Source of the DNA: Octopus sinensis
Taxonomy: Eukaryota
Assembly: GCF_006345805.1 (NCBI RefSeq)
Contig: NC_042999.1
Coordinates: 1,302,001-1,366,000, forward strand
Direction of reading: 5' to 3'
DNA length: 64,000 bases
This document shows positions 49,767 to 62,997 of the stretch, piece by piece; the first letter of the stretch is position 1, and the number at the start of each line of letters is the position of its first letter. The notes under the pieces were generated by a model. The model was not told the origin of the DNA. It was given only the letters and a program-made list of their open reading frames with translations, and did not search any database. The position numbers and the translations under genes are program-made.

Positions 49767-50418
49767 CTCATACATACATACATACATACATACATACATA
49801 ATGCTCTTAGCTTAGACTTTTTCTTGGGGGGGGGGGGGCAACCAGATCAAACAGTCTCAAGTGTAACTGCCCAAAACTGTAAGGACATCTGGTAACTTGA
49901 CTGACAAACGAAAGGCTATGAATGATGCGTCCTTTGTTTTTCTGTCTCTCTAATTGTTTTTTTTCTTATCTGCCTTTGTATCGTCTATCTGTTCAGATGT
50001 TTTAATGTCCACTATTGCGTTTTTCTTCTATTTTTATATTATATGCACACACACACACACTCACACACATAATATATCCTCACCATCATAATTTAACATC
50101 CACTTTCCATGCTATACATATATGTGTGTGTGTATATACATACACATACACACAAACTATAGGATTCATTCAGTTTCCATTTACCAAATCCAATCACAAA
50201 ACTTTGATCTGCGGCAATAGCTGAAGACACCTACCTAAGGTGCAACGCCATGGGACTGAACCCAATACCATATGGTTGGAAAGCAAGCTTCTTACCACAC
50301 AGCCACAGCAAAATGTTTGTCATGACATCATGTGATGGTTGTAACTGATTTGTATTGAAATCTTTTATGTTCCCCGTGCCAACTATTACCCATTAAGATG
50401 TTATATCTGGTTTGGCAG

Positions 50419-50517
50419 GGATTTTACCTGGTTAATGCTTTCGACATACTCCTACATACTGAACCGTCTGAAGTCACAGTTAAACTTTTGTGTGTACCTC
50501 GACCCATTGAGATGGAT
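50419..50517 (+). CDS. Candidate exon GFYLVNAFDILLHTEPSEVTVKLLCVPRPIEMD
   Basis: Acceptor CTGGTTTGGCAG|, donor GAT|GTTTGT, 33 open codons; no recognised homology. Confidence 0.25.
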
Positions 50518-50619
50518 GTTTGTTTATTTTTCTCCCCTTAATGCCACCCCCTATACAAAATTGATCAGCATGTCCAATCTCAGCAAAATCCAAAGAAAAA
50601 TATTTAGGTTATGTCATAA

Positions 50620-51070
50620 AATAGAATCCATGTGACTATTTACATGAAAATATAAAAATTACGGCCAAAAATAAAATCCCTACGGGTATTTGCACACAAA
50701 AAGCATATTGATTTTATGAAACCATTGCTCAAGCACAATTATCGATTTTTTTTTGTCAATGCCATATATTGACATCAAGTCACTGCCATAAGCCTCACTC
50801 ACTAATCGATTTTCATCAAAATCGGACAAAAAATGCAAAAGCTGCTGGAAAAATAACATCATTATGGGAATTTCCATTCAAACACCCAATTGAGCTCACA
50901 AAAATTGATGCCAATTGAGCATTATGAAGTTTTCAAAAAATTGTGGCCTTATTTGAACTTCAGAAAATGTGATCTACCTATGTGCCGAAAAAAATCATTA
51001 AAATAGGTTGGACGTGTGAGAGGAGTTAGAGTAACCTCAAACACACTCAGACACCATTACACATTTATGT
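50620..51070 (+). mobile_element. Possible non-autonomous Helitron/Helentron-type element
   Basis: TTTTCATCAAAATCGG motif and 3' end GAGAGGAGTTAG..ACACACTCAGACACCATTACACATTTAT before (TA)n. Confidence 0.35.
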
Positions 51071-51272
51071 ATATATATATAGTTATATATATATATATAT
51101 ATATAAGCACCCACTACACTCTCGGAGTGGTTGGCATTAGGAAGGGCATCCAGCAGTAGGAAGTCTGCCAGATCAAGATTGGAGCCTGGTGCAGCCATCT
51201 GGTTTGCCAGTCCTCAGTCAAATCATCCAACCCATGCTAGCATGGAAAGCGGACATTAAACAATGATGACGA

Positions 51273-51309
<37 letters not shown>

Positions 51310-51424
51310 CACACACTCAAACATATACATACATACATACATATATATATACAGACACATATATACATATATATATACACACACATATATATATACATAT
51401 ATATACATACATATATATATATAT

Positions 51425-52200
51425 ATCATCATCATCATCGTTTAGCGTCCGTTTTCCATGCTAGCATGGGTTGGACGGTTCTACTGGGGTCTGTGAAGCC
51501 AGAAGGCTTCATCAGGCCCAGTCAAATCTGGCAGTGTTTCTACGGCTGGATGCCCTTCCTAACGCCAACCACTCCGTGAGTGTAGTGGGTGCTTTTTACG
51601 TGCCACCCGCACAGGTGCCAGACAGAGCTGGCAAACGGCCACGAACGGATGGTGCTTTTTATGTGCCACCGGCAGAAGGGCCAAGCGAGGCTGGCAATGG
51701 ACACGAACGGATGGTGCTTTTTACGTGCCACCGGCACGAGGCCAGTCAGGGCTGCGCTGGCAACGGTCGCGAAACGGAAGATTCTCTTACATGCCACCGG
51801 CACTGGTAACACATCTGCAATTTCCATTGATCAATTTCGATTCTGATCCTCACTTGCCTCAACAGGTCTTCACAAGTAGAGTTTCGACATGCCACCGGCA
51901 CTGGTAACACATCTGCAATTTCCATTGAACGATTTCGATTCTGATCCTCACTTGCCTCAACAGGTCTTCACAAGTAGAGTTTTGTGTCCCAAGAAGGGAA
52001 GGTATGCATACGTAGGCTGGCTCCATCCCATGTAGAAGGCCACGGGTTATGGACTCACTTGTCCTGCCGGGTCTTCTCGCGCATAGCACACTTCCAGAGG
52101 TCTCGGTCTCGAGTCATTTCCTCAGTGAGACCTAAAGTTCGAAGGTCGTGCTTCACCACCTCGTCCCAGGTTTTCCTGGGTCTGCCTCTTCCGCAGGTTC
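51425..52200 (-). mobile_element. RTE LINE 3' fragment: ORF end plus about 600-nt 3'UTR
   Basis: TCGRGRPRKTWDEVVKHDLRTLGLTEEMTRDRDLWKCAMREKTRQDK*, UTR with an about 95-bp tandem duplication, (GAT)n tail. Confidence 0.9.
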
Positions 52201-52335
52201 ATATATATATATATAATATATATATACATACATATATATATATATATATATAATAATAATAAATATTAGGGAATAAATCCAAATTTCTTTGTTTAATTTG
52301 CATAATAGTGGTTTTGTCTCTAATTTAATATAATA

Positions 52336-52379
<44 letters not shown>

Positions 52380-53669
52380 TACATACACACACACACACAT
52401 ATATATATATATACATATACATATATATATACATATATAGATATAGATAGATAGATAGATATTAGTAAATTAATCTTTGGTGTTGATTACAGAATCATTT
52501 CCTCTTCATGAGGATGATGATGATAACGTTGATGATAACGATGATGATGATGATCTCAGATAACTTTTCAATCCTTATAATTAATTTCCAAGATAATCAT
52601 CATCATCATTTGCTTTAATCCCCTTCATCCTCCCTTTTCCTTTCCCCCTCATCCTTATCCTCCGCCATCATCATCACAACAACCTCCTTAGCTACAACCA
52701 GGGCTCGTTTTACACAAAGCCTCAATTGATGTAATAAGTCTCTACACAAAATCAATTTCAACGGAAAGATGATATCTGACTCCCAAACCTCGGTAATTAA
52801 CATGGAAGTGTTTTAGGGGTTTTGTTTAAGATTAATATTTATCCCTTATATCAGTTGTTGTATATTAATAAAATGAAAACTTTATAGCATGATAAATATT
52901 AAATTTCTTGACAAATTTATGTAGAAAGTGTAATTTTGTTTTAATTATTTTTAATTTCTTTTTTTCTTTTTTTTTTTTTGCATTTGATTTTCCTTTCAGT
53001 TTGAAATTTCATGATAAAATTGAAGTGTTTTCCATAAATTCAATTGAAAAAGGAAAATAATCCAAAATTCAAAAAGAAAGAAAAACTTAAATTCTAATTC
53101 AATAAGAAATTGTAATTTTGTTATCAACTGAGATTTGAATTTCAATGTTTATTGAATTCTGGAAATAAATGACAAAATAATGACCAACAAAAATTTTCAA
53201 TCAAAAATTTGTTTCCCTTGTGATAAGTATTCTTGTATCAATAACTAAAATTAACATATTACACCGCATAGATTTTTCAAATTTCTATTTTCTTTGTGTA
53301 TATCACTATCAAGGAAAATTCATAAACAGAAGCAAAACAAAAAAAAAAATCTCAGGACCATATTTATGAATGCTGAAAACCAGGAGGCTAAACTGGATGT
53401 CAGAATGGCAAGTGCTGGCACAGTAATTTGCTCAGTCCAGCATTCAGTGCCCAGAAGAGGAGAAATTGGTAAAAAAAAGCCAAACTTGCTATCTTCAGTT
53501 GAGTTTGTATATCTATTTCCATGTATGGTCATCCATGTAGAGCAGTCTTTCTCAACCTTTTTTACCCTTGTGTAACCCTTAAAATAAATTACATGTCTCA
53601 AGAAACCCCTACACAAAAAAAAACATATGCAATATCTTTCTCATTTTTATCATAATTAGATCATGTGGT

Positions 53670-53940
53670 AAATATCATACATATGTATATATATACATAC
53701 ACACACTTACATACATATATATACACACACATACATACATATATATACACACATACATATATACATATATACACACGCATACATACATATATACATATAT
53801 ACACGCGCATACATACATATATACATATATACACACACATACATACATATATACACACACACATACATACACACACACATGCATACATATACACTCACAC
53901 ACACACATACATTCATACACACACACACATATATATATAT
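53670..53940. repeat. (CA/TA)n compound microsatellite
   Basis: Low-complexity run. Confidence 0.95.
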
Positions 53941-54044
53941 AGGGTGTCCATAAATTACAGACATCACTAAATGTATCCTCAATGGTTATTATATTTTTTT
54001 GATAGCATAATAGGTTATACAGGATGATGTCTATATTACAATAT

Positions 54045-54525
54045 TTTTTTATTTCTTTATTACCCACATGGGGTAAACATAGAGGGGACAAATAAGGATA
54101 GACAAAGGGATTAATTCAATTAAATCAACCCAAGTGCGTAACTGGTACTTATTTAAACGACACCAAAATGATGAACGGTAAAGTCGACCTCAGCAGAATT
54201 TGAATTAAGAACATAAAGACAGACAAAATACCACTCTGCATTTCATCAGGTGTGCTGACAATTCTGCCAGCTCACTGCCCTTCTATATTACAATATTACA
54301 ATAAGGTGGTGAGCTGGCAGAAACATTAGCCCGCCGGGCGAAATGCTTAGCGGTATTTCATCTGTCTTTATGTTCTGAGTTCAAATTCCACCAAGGTCGA
54401 CTTTTCCTTTCATCCTTTTGGGGTCAATAAATAAAGTACCAGTTGCATACTGCATACTGGAGTTGATCTAATCAACTGACCCCCTCCCTCAAAATTTCAA
54501 GCCTTGTGCCTAGAGTAGAAACGAA
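54045..54525. mobile_element. Head-to-head SINE-B pair
   Basis: Minus copy 54045-54285, plus copy 54305-54525. Confidence 0.75.
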
Positions 54526-54639
54526 TATTACAATAACCAATAATATGCTGTGCCTGTATATTAATATTACGATCATGTAATTAGCATAGCTCATTCTTTC
54601 TCACAGAACACCTAGGAACCTTTTGCAGAACCTTAGTGT

Positions 54640-54800
54640 TGATGATGATGATGATGATGGTAGTGGTGGTGGTGATGAAGATAAGGATGATAGTGATGGC
54701 ATTAATGATGATGGTGGTGGTGGTGGTGAAGATAATTATGATTGTGGTGATGGTGGTGGCAGTGATGGTGATGATGATCGTCACTATCATGATCATGATG
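54640..54800. repeat. (GAT/GGT)n repeat
   Basis: Triplet run. Confidence 0.95.
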
Positions 54801-55254
54801 ATTTCTTTGCTTCAGTTAGAAGCAATGTAATTTTCATAACCTAAATATTTAAAGAAAACTGATTATTTAACGTTAGAACTAAAAGAAGCATTTCATTTTT
54901 TTAATTTTAAAAAAAAAATTTTTTTAATAACTCCCTGTTTCTTTTCTCCTCAGATTTTTAATTATCTCAAATCCATTACAAGCATTATATTTCTTAAGTC
55001 CCTCCATCTAACTCAATAATACCTAATCCAGATAATGGCTTTGAAATGAATCCTCAAGATGTATTCGAATATTTGGTTGTCATAAAACTAATTCAAAGTT
55101 ATTAAATTCTCACAAACGTTGCGTTATATTTTTATTTCAAGTTCTCAATTACCTAAGTAAAAATGAGAAGTTAATTGTTAAATTCTTGAATAGTTCATTA
55201 AACGCTTGAACAAGAATATCTCATAACATTTGTAATTAAAATGATGGTGAGATA

Positions 55255-55870
55255 TTTGCTTCCCGATTATACGGTTCTGGGTTCAGTCCCACAGCATGGC
55301 ACCTTGGGCAAGTGTGCTTCTACTACTACAGCCTCACGCAGATGGACAGCCTTGAGTGGATTTTGTAGACGATAACTGACAGAAGCCCATCATGTGTGTG
55401 AGTGTGTTTGTGTGTGTGTTTTTGTCCCCTAACACCCAAACAACTGGTGTTGGTTTATTTGCTTCCCTGTAACTAAGCGATTCAGCAAAAAGGGACTGAT
55501 TGATCAAGAAGTATAATGCTTAAAAGAAAAAAATAAATTCTGGCAAGCTGGCAGAAACGTAAGCACGCCAGGCGAAATGCTTAGCGATATTTCGTCTGCC
55601 GTTACTTTCTGAGTTCAAATTCTGCCACAGTCAACTTTGCCTTTCATCCTTTCAGGGTTGATTAAATAAGTACCAGTTACGCACTGGGGTCGATGTCATC
55701 GACTTAATCCCTTTGTCTGTCCTTGTTTGTCCCCTCTATGTTTAGCCCCTTGTGGGTAGTAAAGAAATAGGAAAAATTAAGTCCTGGAGTCGATTTATTC
55801 GACTAAAAATTCTTCAAAGCAGTGCTCCATCATAACCGCACGCTAATAGCTGAAAGAAGTAAAAGAAACA
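55255..55870 (+). mobile_element. Old SINE-A split by a SINE-B (55545-55770)
   Basis: SINE-A body resumes after the SINE-B. Confidence 0.7.
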
Positions 55871-55987
55871 GAAATCAAAATGTGTAATGGTATGTATCAG
55901 CTGATACTTCTACTACTGCTCAGTGGCAAACTCTAGTCTATAATTCGGCTACATTATATTATATGTATATCTATGTGTGTGTGTGTG

Positions 55988-56600
55988 TGGAGGCGCAATG
56001 GCCCAGTGGTTAGGGCAGTGGACTCACGGTCGGAGGATCGCGGTTTCAATTCCCAGACCAGGCATTGTGTGTGTTTATTGAGCAAAAACACCTAAAAAGC
56101 TCCCCGAGGCTCCAGCAGGGGGTTGTGGCGACCCCTGTTGTACTCTTTTGCCATAACTATCTCTCACTTTCTCTTGCTGTTTCTTGAGTAATGTTGCGAT
56201 GGAAACCAGGAAACTGGGCCCATGAGCCTGGCTAGGCCTGAAAAGGGCGACGATTATCATTTATGTGTGTGTGCGTGTAGGTGCATGGTTCAGTGGTTAG
56301 AGCATTAAGCTCACAATTGATTCCTGGACTGGGCTGTGTGTTGTGTTCTTAATCAAGTTACTTTATTTCACGCTGCTCCAGTTCACTCAGCCATAAAAAT
56401 GAGTTGCGATGTCAGTGGTGCCAAGCTGTATTGGACCTATTTGCCTTCCCCTCGGATAACATCAGTGATGTGGAGAGGATTGACTGGTATGCATGAGCGA
56501 CTGCTTGTCTCCTACAAACCACCTTGCCTGATCTTGTGCCTCGGAAGGGAACTTTCTAGGTGCAATCCCATGGTCATTCATGACTGAAAGGGATCCTTAC
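55988..56600 (+). mobile_element. C/D chimeric SINE followed by SINE-E
   Basis: Homologous to 18611-18905 and 9652-9962. Confidence 0.75.
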
Positions 56601-56765
56601 CCTTTAATATCTAAGTATATCACAGGTGAAGACATGAGACTTAGTGGTTAGTCATACATTCTTATAGTTCCATTTTCTCAACCATCAGTCATATTTGTTA
56701 CTTATCTCACCTATAATATTTTACTATTTTGTGATAAGAGAAATTGCTGATCATGTGATAAATTT

Positions 56766-57615
56766 TTGTGTTGAGTCAAAAGTCTTGCAATATTTTGGTA
56801 AGTTATGGGAGCAAGCTGGCAGAATCGTTAGCATGCTGGACAAAATGCTTAGCAGTATTTTGTTTGTCTTTACGTTCTGAGTTCAAATTCTGCTGAGGTC
56901 GACTTTGCCTTTCATCCTTTTGTAGTCGATAAATTAAGTACCAGTTGTGTACTGATGTCGATCTAATCCACTGGCCTGTTCCCCAAAAAATTTCGGGCCC
57001 TGTGCTTAGAGCAGAAAAGAATATTTGTGTATCCAAAGGCAGTGAGCTGGCAGAAGCATTAGGACGCCGGGCAAAATGCTTAGTGGTATTTTGTGTCTTT
57101 ATGTTCTGAGTTCAAATTCTGCTGAGATCGACTTTACTTTTCATTCTTTCAGGATCAATAAATTAAGCACCAGTTGCATACTGGGGTCAATCAAAAATTT
57201 CAGGCCTTGTGCCTAGAGTAGAAAAGAATATTTTGGTAACTTATTTGATTTATTCATCAGGTTACACCAAAAGCAGCTTCGCATTCAAAGTAGAGGCCAT
57301 CATCTGATGTCACCATTCTGCCAGTTCTTTGATTCCATGCTGATATCAGTTCTTGTTCTTTGAAGCAAACAATTCCATTCGCTGAAGCTTCCACTTCTTC
57401 CAACATCAAGAAATATCACAAACAGAGGAAGGAAACTTCAATGAAAGAGTTCTTCACCTCAAAGAACAAGAGCCGGGAACAAAGAACTGGCAGGAAGGCA
57501 GCTTCAGATGATGCAACATGATGGCCTCTACTTCAAATGCTTGGCTGCTTTTGGTGCAATTTGACAAATAAAACAAAAGTTATTGAAATATTGCAAAACT
57601 TTTGACTCAACACAA
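56766..57615. mobile_element. Mariner-derived element with two inverted 3' ends, containing two nested SINE-B copies
   Basis: TIRs TTGTGTTGAGTCAAAAGT.TTGCAATATTT; both arms carry GATGGCCTCTACTT (DGLYF); duplication ATATTTTGGTAA.TTAT flanks the SINEs. Confidence 0.65.
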
Positions 57616-57859
57616 TATATGACACAATAACCGAATAAATTTAAAAGAAGTTACTACAAAAAATAAATTCAAATGTGACCACCAGTGGAATTCAGTCCTA
57701 CCAACATTAGGAACTACCGTTGTAATGAATATAGATTACCTTAAACTAATCCAGTGGCACTTAAATAGGGTACTACAATGGGTACCTAAGTGATTCTTAG
57801 ACATTTTTAAAGTGTAATCTAAAGCTTCAAAAAATCTATACAAATGTGTAAGCAAGCCC

Positions 57860-58245
57860 CGTGCTAGTAGGGTGCTAAGGGCACCATCCGAGCATGATCA
57901 TTGCCAGAGCGGCTAACTGGCTTCCATGCTGGTGGCACGTAAAAGGCACCATTCGAGCATGATCATTACCAGCATCGCCTCACTGGCACCTGTGCCGGTG
58001 GCATGAAAGATTCAAGTGAGGTCATTGCCAGTACCACCTGATTGGCCCTCATGCCAGTGGCACTTAAAAGCACCCACTACATTCTCGGAGTGGTTGGTGT
58101 TAGGAAGGGCATCCAGCTGTAGAAACTCTGCCAGATCAAGATTGGAGCCTGGTGCAGCCATCTGATTCGCTAGTCCTCAGTCAAATCATCCAATCCATGC
58201 CAGCATTGAAAACGGATGTTAAACGACGACAATGATGATGATGAT
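57860..58245 (+). mobile_element. RTE 3'UTR tail
   Basis: Subrepeats plus the shared terminal motif. Confidence 0.75.
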
Positions 58246-58504
58246 TTTGCAAAACCTCTTTTGTCTCTTTTATATTTTATTTGTTTCAGCCATTAAATTG
58301 TGTCCATACTGGGGCAGTGTCTTGAAGAAATTTTAGTTGAATGAATTGGACCCAATACTTAGAATTTTTTAAGCCTGGTACTTATTCTACCAAATGCTTT
58401 TGTCAAACCACTTAGTTACAGGGACATAAACACACCAGCACTGGTTGTCAAGCAGTGACAGGGGAAAAACACAACACAAACATATACACACATAATTATA
58501 TATA

Positions 58505-59160
58505 TATATATATATATAAATTAAATTAGAGATAAAACCACTATTAGGCAAATCAGTGAAAAACATAAACCAAAACATAGAAATAAAATTAATTAATATA
58601 ATATACAAAATATATAAAATATAAAATTCAAAATTTAAATTATTTAAATTTAACGTTAAAAATTTAAAATTATTAATTTATATTTATAAATTTTTATATA
58701 TATATTTATTTTCATTTTTTATTTATTTATTTATTTAATTTTTTTTTATTAAATATATATAACTATCAAAAAGTATTAAAAAGGTTAATAAAAATACAAA
58801 ATGGGACAAGAACGCAAAACATCCAGAAGACGATACAAAAAGTACAGACGAGTCATTCGAAGCCTTTAATCTTCAGTCAAGAACCAGATCATCCTCGCAA
58901 TTTCAGCTGATTAATCTTTAGATTACTCCAATCAAGCCCCAAAGAAAAACTAAGCTAAGAGAATTAGATTCCTTGGAAAAAAGCTTCGGATGTATATGAA
59001 ACAAGGACTGAAAAACGGACGATGTTACACGAATATAAATACAAAAATAATACAAAAAAAAAAAAAAAAATAATAATAATAATAATAATATCAGGACATC
59101 ACAACAGGCGTCTTTCGACTGGAGACAAATTGAATTCAGCTGGCATGTTAGGAATTAAGC
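58505..59160. mobile_element. Probable Penelope-like remnant
   Basis: Starts at (TA)n like families P2-P4 and contains CTGAAGA on the minus strand; no diagnostic ORF. Confidence 0.3.
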
Positions 59161-59399
59161 GTTAAGGCAGAGGAAAAGTGTCGATGTGACTGGCCACTGC
59201 CAAACCCAAAAAGGCCAGTAGTCGGCCAACCGTCACATGAGAAGAGAAGAGAGAGGAAAAGAGGAACAAAGAAAATCACTCGCCATATTGCGGTTCATCT
59301 ATCATGCCCTCAGTACATTGCAGATTTTCCTGGCTAATATATGTAAATTTTTATCATGGACTCCTCTATATATCCAGGTTTCTGCTGCCAATAGGTTGC

Positions 59400-59815
59400 T
59401 CTTTTGCTCTTTTACTTGTTTCAGTCATTTGACTGCAGCCATGCTGGAGCACCACCTTTTAGTTGAGCAAATCGACCCCGGGACTTATTCTTTGTAAGCC
59501 TAGTACTTATTCTATCGGTCTCTTTTGCCGAACCGCTAAGTGACGGGGACGTAAACACACCAGCATCGGTTGTCAAGCAATGCTAGAGGGACAAACACAG
59601 ACACACAAACATATACACACAAATACATATACATATATATAAATATATATACGACAGGCTTCTTTCAGTTTCCATCTACCAAATCCACTCACAAGGCTTT
59701 GGTCGGCCCGAGCTACAGCAGAAGACACTTGCCCAAGATGCCACGCAGTGGGACTGAACCCGGAACCATGTGGTTGGTTAGCAAGCTACTTACCACACAG
59801 CCACTCCTGCACCTA
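59400..59815 (-). mobile_element. Young full-length SINE-A
   Basis: Very similar to 61240-61640 and 24828-25295; CpGs retained. Confidence 0.9.
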
Positions 59816-61239
59816 TTTATATTTTTTTAGATTTTAATTATTTCTGTGATAAAATAAGCATTTTCACACCTAAAAATTGATAAATTAATAAATAGAAATA
59901 AAATACAGTACTGCACTGTTTATATAATTAACATTATGTGATGAATTGTATTAGTATTGTGCTTTCTAATGATTCCTCATTTTGCTTTTACCATTTTTAG
60001 GATGTCCACCATTAGTTGCTGTCATGGCAATGTCTTCATATCGGAGCCTTGTTACAGGACCCTATAGTAACCTGCAGCCATTCTGAAAGGAAAGCTGTTT
60101 GATTTCTTGAAGTGTTTGTGTGATTTAAAGGTTAGATTAGGAGTGGAGCCTAAAGAAAGATTGCCATTGTAATGTCGGCTTCAATTGTCAGAATAATTCT
60201 AGCAGAATTATTAAATCTGATTCATTTCCTGAGGCTAATAGATGTGTGATTATTGCGACTAATTGAAAGTGTAAGCCGATCATCCGTGTGCAGAATTACA
60301 AAGATTAAAATGCTTGCCTCTCTACGATATGGTCTTGGGTTCAGCCCCACTGTGTGACACCTTGCTCCGGTGTTCTCTTCTATAGTAACCCCGGGGTCAA
60401 CCAAAACCTTGTGAGTTAATTTAGAATCATCATTATTATCGTTTAACATCCGCTTTCCATGCTGGCATGGGTTGGACGATTTGACTGAGGACTGGCGAAC
60501 CAGATGGCTGCACCCAACTCCAATCTGATTTGGCAGAGTTTCTACAGCTTGATGCCCTTCCTAATGCGAACCACTCTGAGAGTGTAGTGGGTGCTTTTAT
60601 GTGCCACTAGCACTGGGGCCAGTCTGGTGGTACTGGCAACGGCCACGCTCAAATGGTGTTTTTTATGTGCCATCTGCACAGGAGCCAGTCCGGTGGCACT
60701 GGCAATGACCTTACTCGAATGTCCTTTCATGTGTCACCGGCATAAATGCCAGTAAGGCCACGCTGGTAACAATCATGCTCGAATGGTGCTTTTTACATGC
60801 CATTGGAAGCTAAAAGGTGTGTGTGTGTGAATATATATTGCTTTTATGCAAAAGTGTCATAAGTCCCAGACATTGCTTTTCCGGAAAGCCAAAAATTGAT
60901 TTCCCCATTCCATTTCTTTTAACATTAGAAACAATTTCAGCTTAACAATAATACTTTGTTGGGTGCATAAATTCGTAACTCCATGCTTGCATGATATTTT
61001 CAGTCAGAAGTATTTTTGCAAAACTGTCATATGCAGGACTTACTACACTTTTGAAAAATGCTAAACCATTGCACTACACTTTGACAATTTACATATCATG
61101 ACATCTGAAGCAGCTGGAGATACAATAGTTTGACCAAAAGAACCAGCTATTGCAAGCAGAATTTAAATATTTAAAAAAACACATGTGACCAAATTTGAAC
61201 ATATGACAGTTTAACATAACAGCAACAATATATATACTC

Positions 61240-61640
61240 TTTACTCTCTCTTTTACTTGTTTCAGTCATTTGACTGCGGCCATGCTGGAGCACCGCCTTT
61301 AGTCGAGCAAATCGACCCCGGGACTTATTCTTTGTAAGCCCAGTACTTATTATATCGGTCTCTTTTGCCAAACTGCCAAGTGACGGGGACGTAAACCCAC
61401 CAACATCGGTTGTCAAGCAATGCTAGGGGGACAAATACAGACACACAAACACACACACACATATATATATACATATATACGACAGGCTTCTTTCAGTTTC
61501 CGTCTACCAAATCCATTCACAAGGCATTGGTCGGCCCGGGACTATAGCAGAAGACACTTGCCCAAGATGCCATGCAGTGGGACTGAACCCGGAACCATGT
61601 GGTTGGTTAGCAAGCTACTTACCACATAGCCACTCCTGGG
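61240..61640 (-). mobile_element. Young full-length SINE-A
   Basis: As above. Confidence 0.9.
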
Positions 61641-61642
61641 CC

Positions 61643-61678
<36 letters not shown>

Positions 61679-62134
61679 TACAAAAGTGTGTGTGTTGGTG
61701 TATATACACATATATATATAATGATAATAGATGTAGATATTCCTGCATGTTTGTGTGCATGCATGTGTTGTTATGACATCATGTGCTGGTTGTAAATGAA
61801 CATCACCCTCATACAAGCGATGTTTCTGTTCCAGTCTCCCATGAAAAAAAGGTCAGCCATAGGGAAATATTACCCGACTTGAAGAAATAAGGAGACAACA
61901 GCAAGAGGGATATTTAGCTGTAGAAGATCTGAAGCATTGAAAAGGAGGCATTAAATGATGATGATGATGATTGAAAGAATGATATGAGTGTGTGCATATG
62001 TGTATGTGTTTGTATATATATATATTTATATATATGACCACCACACGACCAACCGGGGTGTCTGATGTTGCTACACATTGCTGGTCACAATGTGCTTTTG
62101 CATATATGTATGTATATATATGTATATATATATA

Positions 62135-62590
62135 TGTCCAGCCCATCTATACTTGCTGCGTGTATACTCTGCAATGACATCTCTCACGCCGGACTTCTTT
62201 CTGATGATCTTGCTATTTATGTGCTCTCTCAACGAGATACCAAGCATTGACCTTTCCATGGCTCTTTGAGCCGTTACCAGTCTTTGCTCTTCTCTCTTTG
62301 TGGTAGCCCATGTTTCACTACCATATAACATTGCGGGCAGTATAGATGGGCTAGACACGTCGCCTGGCTCACCGATAATCGGTGGACACACGCAGTTGTC
62401 AAGTGGTATCCGCGTGAGTGGAAAAGACCACCCGGAAGACCTCCACGACGGTGGAATTACGATTTCAGGAGGACGATTGGGATCACATGGATGAGAAAGG
62501 CGCGATCCAGAGAGGAGTGGACAGTGTGCTGTGACCAGCGGTGTTAAATGGACGCCTGACAGACTGGTCGGTCAAAGTGATCAAAGTGAT
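62135..62590. mobile_element. RTE LINE 3' insertion with inverted 5' segment
   Basis: Minus 62343-62135 encodes ILPAMLYGSETWATTK...SKYRWAGH; plus 62339-62557 continues RWARHVAWLTDNRWTHAVVKWYPREWKRPPGRPPRRW...; tail (TCAAAGTGA)x2. Confidence 0.9.
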
Positions 62591-62997
62591 ATATGTATGT
62601 ATATATATGTATGTATACATCACACCGTATCATAGAATTTTATTTTAATACTTACTATTTCCGTTCCAAATTTCTCTTCTACACGTGTTTCATGAGGTGC
62701 GTTTAACGTTCCCGAGACCCTCAGTTTTTTTCAGAAACATGCCTTAACTGCAAGCCTCAATCATCAGGACTCTTGATAACTTTTCATAATTCAATAACTA
62801 TTTCTATATTTTAACATTTTAACAGTTACGAATGCAACTAACAAACAAATATGCGGACAATGAACATGAGCTAGAATAAGAACAATAACAAACGAGTGAA
62901 GAACGAACATATAGTGCGTGTGTTTATTTGGTTTTAAAAAAAATGACCATCTCAAAATACAACAATATTTGTTTTGACACATGACTTCACATCAGTA

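Noticed and set aside
53294-53616. Overlapping 93-aa (+) and 98-aa (-) ORFs
   Set aside because: Poor acceptor (poly-A upstream), run into a MITE end, no homology recognised
22906-55100. Idea that in-frame stops in the candidate exons are rescued by A-to-I editing (stop to Trp)
   Set aside because: Most are TAA, needing two edits each; there are also phase clashes; stop density is compatible with non-coding AT-rich DNA
58850-58890. CTGAAGA...GAA hammerhead-like string on the minus strand
   Set aside because: Stems II and III cannot be drawn canonically from this single copy
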